Assembly (NCBI RefSeq): GCF_000284455.1
Contig: NC_017039.1
Span: 90,001-122,000, forward strand
DNA: 32,000 nt
Direction of reading: 5' to 3'
DNA from: Synechocystis sp. PCC 6803 substr. PCC-P
GTDB taxonomy: Bacteria > Cyanobacteriota > Cyanobacteriia > Cyanobacteriales > Microcystaceae
A program made the position numbers and the translations under genes. The notes beneath the pieces are model-generated. The model did not search any database. It was given only the letters and a program-made list of their open reading frames with translations, and had not been told where the DNA came from. Positions 27,869 to 32,000 of this stretch are shown piece after piece. Position 1 is the first letter of the stretch; each line of letters starts with the position of its first letter.

Positions 27869-28336
27869 ATGAAACCAATCCACAGATACATCAGATTAAT
27901 ATTATCTAAGGATCAAGACTTACTGTTTTTGTCGCTGTTGCGTACTTTTGAGAAGATACTTTCCAAGTTGTTAGCCATCTGCCTGATGGTGGTAGTTTTT
28001 GTTGCGGTGTTCGACCTATTTAAGGTGCTAATTATCGAATTGCAGACGGAACCCTTTGGCTTTTTTAATCGGAGTTTAATTGAGATTTTTGGTTTATTTT
28101 TAAATATATTGATTGCCCTGGAACTGTTGGAAAATATCACTGTTTATCTGAAAGATAATGTTATCCAAGTGGAATTGGTGATTGTGACAGCTATGATTGC
28201 GGTGGCCAGGAAAATTATTATTTTTGACTTTGGCAAATATGAAGGCATGGATTTATTAGCTTTGGGCTTTGCCATTGTCTGTTTGGCGGCGAGCTTTTGG
28301 ATGGTTAAGAAGTTGAATGTTAATAATAAGCACTAA
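27869..28336 (+). CDS. PsiE-like/small multi-TM membrane protein
   Basis: Start set at MKPIHRYIRLI (27869); four hydrophobic segments and FEKILSKLLAICLMVVVFVAVFDL...FGLFLNILIALELLENITVYLKDNVIQVELVIVTAMIAVARKIIIFDF, PsiE-family-like pattern. Confidence 0.75.
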   Translation: MKPIHRYIRLILSKDQDLLFLSLLRTFEKILSKLLAICLMVVVFVAVFDLFKVLIIELQTEPFGFFNRSLIEIFGLFLNILIALELLENITVYLKDNVIQVELVIVTAMIAVARKIIIFDFGKYEGMDLLALGFAIVCLAASFWMVKKLNVNNKH

Positions 28337-29532
28337 CTTAGTACAAAGTTTGACAATATTTGGCAATTTTCCCATAGGGGCAATGACTCCAATTCCTGCC
28401 AACTAATGCCCTTGGCGATCGCCAGTTGTAATAGGTTCATACTTTCCCGGGCCCGTTGCCCAAACCAGTGGGCGCTGATAATCCGGTCTTGGGAGTCCAA
28501 TGCCAGTTTATACATCCCCCGTAGGTCACAGTGGTCGCTGTAGGGTTCAAAGCCTCGGATGATTTTTTCGGTGTAGTCTGTGCAGGCGGGGTCCCCGATA
28601 CGATACCAAGGGGGGTCTAGGTCAATGAGAAAGGGGATTTGGCCGTAGTTAATTGGAGTGGTATTTTTTCCCAAAACCTGGTGGACCACATACCTGGCTT
28701 CCTGCTGGGCAATGGCAGGGCAATGGTAGCCCTTTAACCAGTCGCCACAGGCATAAATTTGGCTATGGGCGGTTTGCAAATGATCATTAATGCTGAGGTA
28801 TGAACTATCCTTCAATGTTTGATTAAATTCCGGCAGATTAGCGAGTAAATTTCCATACTTCAGCGATCGCCCTATGGCGAGCAAATTATCCACGGCTAGG
28901 TGATGGCGAGATTCTTCGGAACCATGGTTGAACTGGATGCTATAGGTGCTTTTGTCTTGATTGTAATGGGAAGTTAAGTTAGTGCAATTAAACCAAAATT
29001 CAATGCCTAAACTAGCCAAATAGCATTGCAGAAGGCTAGCCATTTCCCGGTCTTCCCCTGGTAATAGGTAACCATTCCGACTCAGGATGGTGACTCCATG
29101 GCCCAGTTTGGTTAGCTTCTGGGCAAAAACCAAATTTTCTGGCAGTGTCCCCACGATGACCCATCTTTGAGGCATTACCTTATCCGAATTCGGACCAGGA
29201 ATGGCAAGGACATTCGAATCTTTAGAATCGGCTTTGCCACTGGTGAGTAGATAGCTTTCCCCCTCTAAGGTCCGCTCCTGGGTTTGACATAGCAATCCTG
29301 ATGATTGTGAGAAAATTCCCTGCCCTACCACCACATCAACTCCTTGGGCTGCTAGCAAGCGTAACTCTTCCCAAAAGTTTTCCTCCCCTAAGTCCCCATG
29401 GCGATCGCCAGACCAACCCTGTTCCCAACCCTGGGTGACTAGGGCAATGCGGGCTGTGGGATATCGTTCGATGCAACTATGGGCTGCCGTTAGCCCCTCC
29501 AGACTGGCCCCGATAATCACTAGCTGGTACAT
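28333..29532 (-). CDS. FAD-dependent pyridine nucleotide-disulfide oxidoreductase-like protein
   Basis: MYQLVIIGASLEGLTAAHSCIE, RWVIVGTLPENLVFAQKLTKLGHGVTIL, HSQIYACGDWLKGYHCPAIAQQEARYVV, dimerisation-like C-terminal domain. The redox CxxxxC motif is not obvious. Confidence 0.8.
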   Translation of the reverse strand: MYQLVIIGASLEGLTAAHSCIERYPTARIALVTQGWEQGWSGDRHGDLGEENFWEELRLLAAQGVDVVVGQGIFSQSSGLLCQTQERTLEGESYLLTSGKADSKDSNVLAIPGPNSDKVMPQRWVIVGTLPENLVFAQKLTKLGHGVTILSRNGYLLPGEDREMASLLQCYLASLGIEFWFNCTNLTSHYNQDKSTYSIQFNHGSEESRHHLAVDNLLAIGRSLKYGNLLANLPEFNQTLKDSSYLSINDHLQTAHSQIYACGDWLKGYHCPAIAQQEARYVVHQVLGKNTTPINYGQIPFLIDLDPPWYRIGDPACTDYTEKIIRGFEPYSDHCDLRGMYKLALDSQDRIISAHWFGQRARESMNLLQLAIAKGISWQELESLPLWENCQILSNFVLS

Positions 29533-29569
29533 AAATTAACCTTTGACTGGTAATAGGCGATCGCCAAAC

Positions 29570-29968
29570 CTAGGGATTAATCACCGTTTCTAGTCCTAAA
29601 TTTTGCAGACTTAAGGCCGCCTGTTGAGCATTGAGAGGATCGCTAAAACTACCTATTTGTAATAACCGTTGCCCATTGAAGTTGGTGAAAAAAGCGCCAG
29701 GATAGGCTGCTTTAACCTGTTGTTCTTCTACTGGGGAAGTAATCAAGGCCATTACCCGGTAAGAAGTGGCATTGGGGGTGAAGCTCAGCGCACTCGGGTC
29801 CGGCACTGGATTGGGACTGGCGGGCGGCGGTGGTAACAGTTGAGTCTGACTCACCAACAGAGGAGGCTGAATGGGAATAGCTTGGACAGGGGCGATCGCC
29901 GAGATACATAAGCAGGCACCAAGGACGGCGATCGGAGAACGGTAATTGATAACGATGGCCATGGGCAA
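29570..29968 (-). CDS. Exported SPOR-like small protein
   Basis: Signal-like N-terminus (AVLGACLCISAIAPVQA) and C-terminal AFFTNFNGQRLLQIGSFSDPLNAQQAALSLQNLGLETVI, SPOR-like. Confidence 0.55.
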   Translation of the reverse strand: MPMAIVINYRSPIAVLGACLCISAIAPVQAIPIQPPLLVSQTQLLPPPPASPNPVPDPSALSFTPNATSYRVMALITSPVEEQQVKAAYPGAFFTNFNGQRLLQIGSFSDPLNAQQAALSLQNLGLETVINP

Positions 29969-30297
29969 ACAATTAAAGGGGGAATAATTCTCTTTCCTGG
30001 CAATTCTACCCCTAGCCTTGCTGCTGCGCTGATTTGGTGGGCTGGAACCTTCACTGTCCGGGGGTTAGCTTATATTAAGAATGTGATAATGAATGTTTCC
30101 GCATTCTTGAAGGGATATGGCAAATGCCAAGACAGAGGTGGGATTTATTTCTGTAGGTAAACTGTGATGACCGTCATAATTTCCAAATTTCGAAACAATG
30201 ATCATTGACCGTTTACGTTTAGCTCATCGTTATGGGTTGGGATTGGTTGTCCTCATTCCCGTAGTGGCGATTTAGGAGGGAATATCTTCTTAGAAGG

Positions 30298-30537
30298 CTA
30301 AGGGTTGGGGAAAAATGCAAACTTTGTCAAAATCCCCAGAAGTGCAATAAACATCCCCGAAATGAGAACCCATAAGCGGTTGTCCTGTTTATCAGCCTGT
30401 TTTTTGAGGTCTGATAGGTTGGATTCTATTGCATTTAACCTTTCATCGATCCGAGCCTGATTAACGTCGATTTTTTTATCAAGCCCATTGATTAAGTCTT
30501 TCAGTTCCTGTAGATCGGAATCAGTTATGGTTGCCAT
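30298..30537 (-). CDS. Small coiled-coil protein with C-terminal TM segment
   Basis: 79 aa: heptad-like DSDLQELKDLINGLDKKIDVNQARIDERLNAIESNLSDLKKQADKQ then LWVLISGMFIALLGILTKFAFF. Confidence 0.6.
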   Translation of the reverse strand: MATITDSDLQELKDLINGLDKKIDVNQARIDERLNAIESNLSDLKKQADKQDNRLWVLISGMFIALLGILTKFAFFPNP

Positions 30538-30718
30538 GATGAGTTAGACTCCTTGTAGACATTAGATGTTGGATTTTTGCCCCTAGATGGAGAGAGTTTA
30601 CAGCTTCTTCTTTTCTGCTTTTAGGGTAACGGATCAGACTCGGTCCCACGACTGCTATCAAACTATGTGACCCTTTTTGATGGTGAAAGAGTAAGAATCA
30701 CATAACAACTTCTTCCCT

Positions 30719-31660
30719 ATGTTCCTCCCTTCCCCTAACAATTTATCTGGGCTTAACCAAAATATCCTCGAAGAACTTCTGCGGGATAAAAGATCGCCTA
30801 ATACCAGGAGGACCTATGCCAAAGCGTTAAAGGATTTTTTTCTCACCATGGCCGGCGAAGAACCGTCCCCAGATGTCATTGCCTGGTTTTTGAGCTTGGA
30901 TCATTTCCAGGCGATCGCCATGGTTTTACGCTATCGAGCAGAGTTACTAGCCAAGGATCTCAAACCAGCCACCATTAATGTGCGATTGGCAGCAATTAAA
31001 AGCCTAGTGAACTATGCCCGGCGGGTAGGAAAATGCCAGTACACCCTAGAAGATGTGGAAGGTTTAAAAGCAGAAACCTATCGGGATACCACCGGAGTTA
31101 GTCCCACTTCCTTCAAACAAATCACCGACCACATTACCCCTGATTCCCTCAAAGGTAAGCGGGATTTAGCCATTATGCGTTTGCTCTGGGACAATGCCCT
31201 GCGGCGGGCGGAAGTTTGTGGACTTAACGTCGGGGACTATCAACCAACAGAGCGGCAATTACTAATTAAAGGCAAAGGAAAATTAGGCAAACAGGCCATC
31301 ACCCTCAGCGCCAAGGGCATGGCTTTAATCAACCAATGGTTAACTGCCATTGGCCCCCGCCCAAAAAATGAACCCCTATTTTGCACCCTAGACCGGGCAA
31401 CTTTTGGCCATCGTCTTAGTGGCAATGCCATCTATAACCTTGTCCGCACCAGTGCCGAATCCGCCGGCATTCATAAAGTTATGAGTCCCCACCGAGTCCG
31501 CCACAGCGCCATCACCGCCGCCCTAGAAGCCACCAATGGCGATACCCGCAAAGTGCAAAAACTCAGTCGCCACAGCAATCTAAATACTCTGATGATCTAC
31601 GACGATAACCGTCACCAGCACCAGGCTCAAATCACTGATATTCTGGCGGATCTGCTCTAA
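30719..31660 (+). CDS. Tyrosine recombinase (XerC/XerD-like integrase)
   Basis: N-terminal SAM-like domain and catalytic motifs: LRRAEV (Arg I), HRVRHSAITAAL (H-x-x-R), SRHSNLNTLMIYDD (nucleophile Tyr). Confidence 0.93.
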   Translation: MFLPSPNNLSGLNQNILEELLRDKRSPNTRRTYAKALKDFFLTMAGEEPSPDVIAWFLSLDHFQAIAMVLRYRAELLAKDLKPATINVRLAAIKSLVNYARRVGKCQYTLEDVEGLKAETYRDTTGVSPTSFKQITDHITPDSLKGKRDLAIMRLLWDNALRRAEVCGLNVGDYQPTERQLLIKGKGKLGKQAITLSAKGMALINQWLTAIGPRPKNEPLFCTLDRATFGHRLSGNAIYNLVRTSAESAGIHKVMSPHRVRHSAITAALEATNGDTRKVQKLSRHSNLNTLMIYDDNRHQHQAQITDILADLL

Positions 31661-31705
31661 ATTTTCTGGCTTATGGGAGAAATTACCGAAATTTCTTCAA
31701 TTTTT

Positions 31706-31990
31706 CTAGCCAAACTTTTCCATCATCGTTTTAGCCCGTTTATGGTTGGCGATCGCCTGACGAAATTCAGCCTTCTGCTTAGCCTGTTCCAGAATTGCAG
31801 TCCAGGCCTCTTTGTCCTCTATATAGTGTTCGAATAAAGCCTCAAATAAAACTTCCCTGCTCAAACCTTCCTTCGCACAGAGCTTGGTGAGCCGCTCCAT
31901 CATCTTGCTCTCCAGGCGAATGGTGGTCTGCTTGGTGGAAAAATTTTTGCTGACTTTGCTCACAGAATTTAAGTTACTAGACTTCGACAT
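31706..31990 (-). CDS. Small ribbon-helix-helix-like (CopG-type) DNA-binding protein
   Basis: KQTTIRLESKMMERLTKLCAKEGLSREVLFEALFEHYI fits the RHH pattern, followed by a charged tail. Confidence 0.6.
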   Translation of the reverse strand: MSKSSNLNSVSKVSKNFSTKQTTIRLESKMMERLTKLCAKEGLSREVLFEALFEHYIEDKEAWTAILEQAKQKAEFRQAIANHKRAKTMMEKFG

Positions 31991-32000
31991 ACTTAAAGTT

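Noticed and set aside
1-32000. CRISPR arrays, tRNA and rRNA genes
   Set aside because: No regularly spaced repeat array and no recognisable tRNA or rRNA sequence seen by eye; tRNAscan-SE, CRISPRCasFinder and Infernal runs would be needed to exclude them.

Overview
This is a gene-dense cyanobacterial chromosomal window. Gene content and order, plus many HIP1 (GCGATCGC) palindromes, look like Synechocystis sp. PCC 6803 or a very close relative; that attribution is from memory, not a search. Housekeeping genes include a band-7/stomatin-like protein, rne, rnhB, mutT, pnp, lepB, an ACT-domain malic enzyme, a cysteine synthase, ispE, ksgA (rsmA), rsmE, an O-antigen-ligase-like protein, DUF3119/DUF3086-like proteins and a cysteine desulfurase. 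The most interesting region is an AT-rich, apparently HIP1-free island at about 12.92-17.40 kb. It holds a two-gene McrBC/LlaJI-like system: an McrB-like AAA+ NTPase (16539->15151) and a divergent McrC-like PD-(D/E)XK nuclease (15110->12930), with no methyltransferase visible. The island splits what looks like an ancestral ksgA-ispE operon. A diverged copy of the ksgA 3' end/ispE 5' end junction is present on both sides (about 12765-12920 and 17405-17652), and a decayed IS5-like transposase lies inside the right part. Other accessory signals are a PrlF/YhaV-like toxin-antitoxin pair (20.4-21.2 kb), an AT-rich orphan ORF (21.6-22.6 kb), a 125-bp MITE-like element (24690-24814) whose end matches the decayed IS end near 17.2 kb, and a tyrosine recombinase (30.7-31.7 kb).
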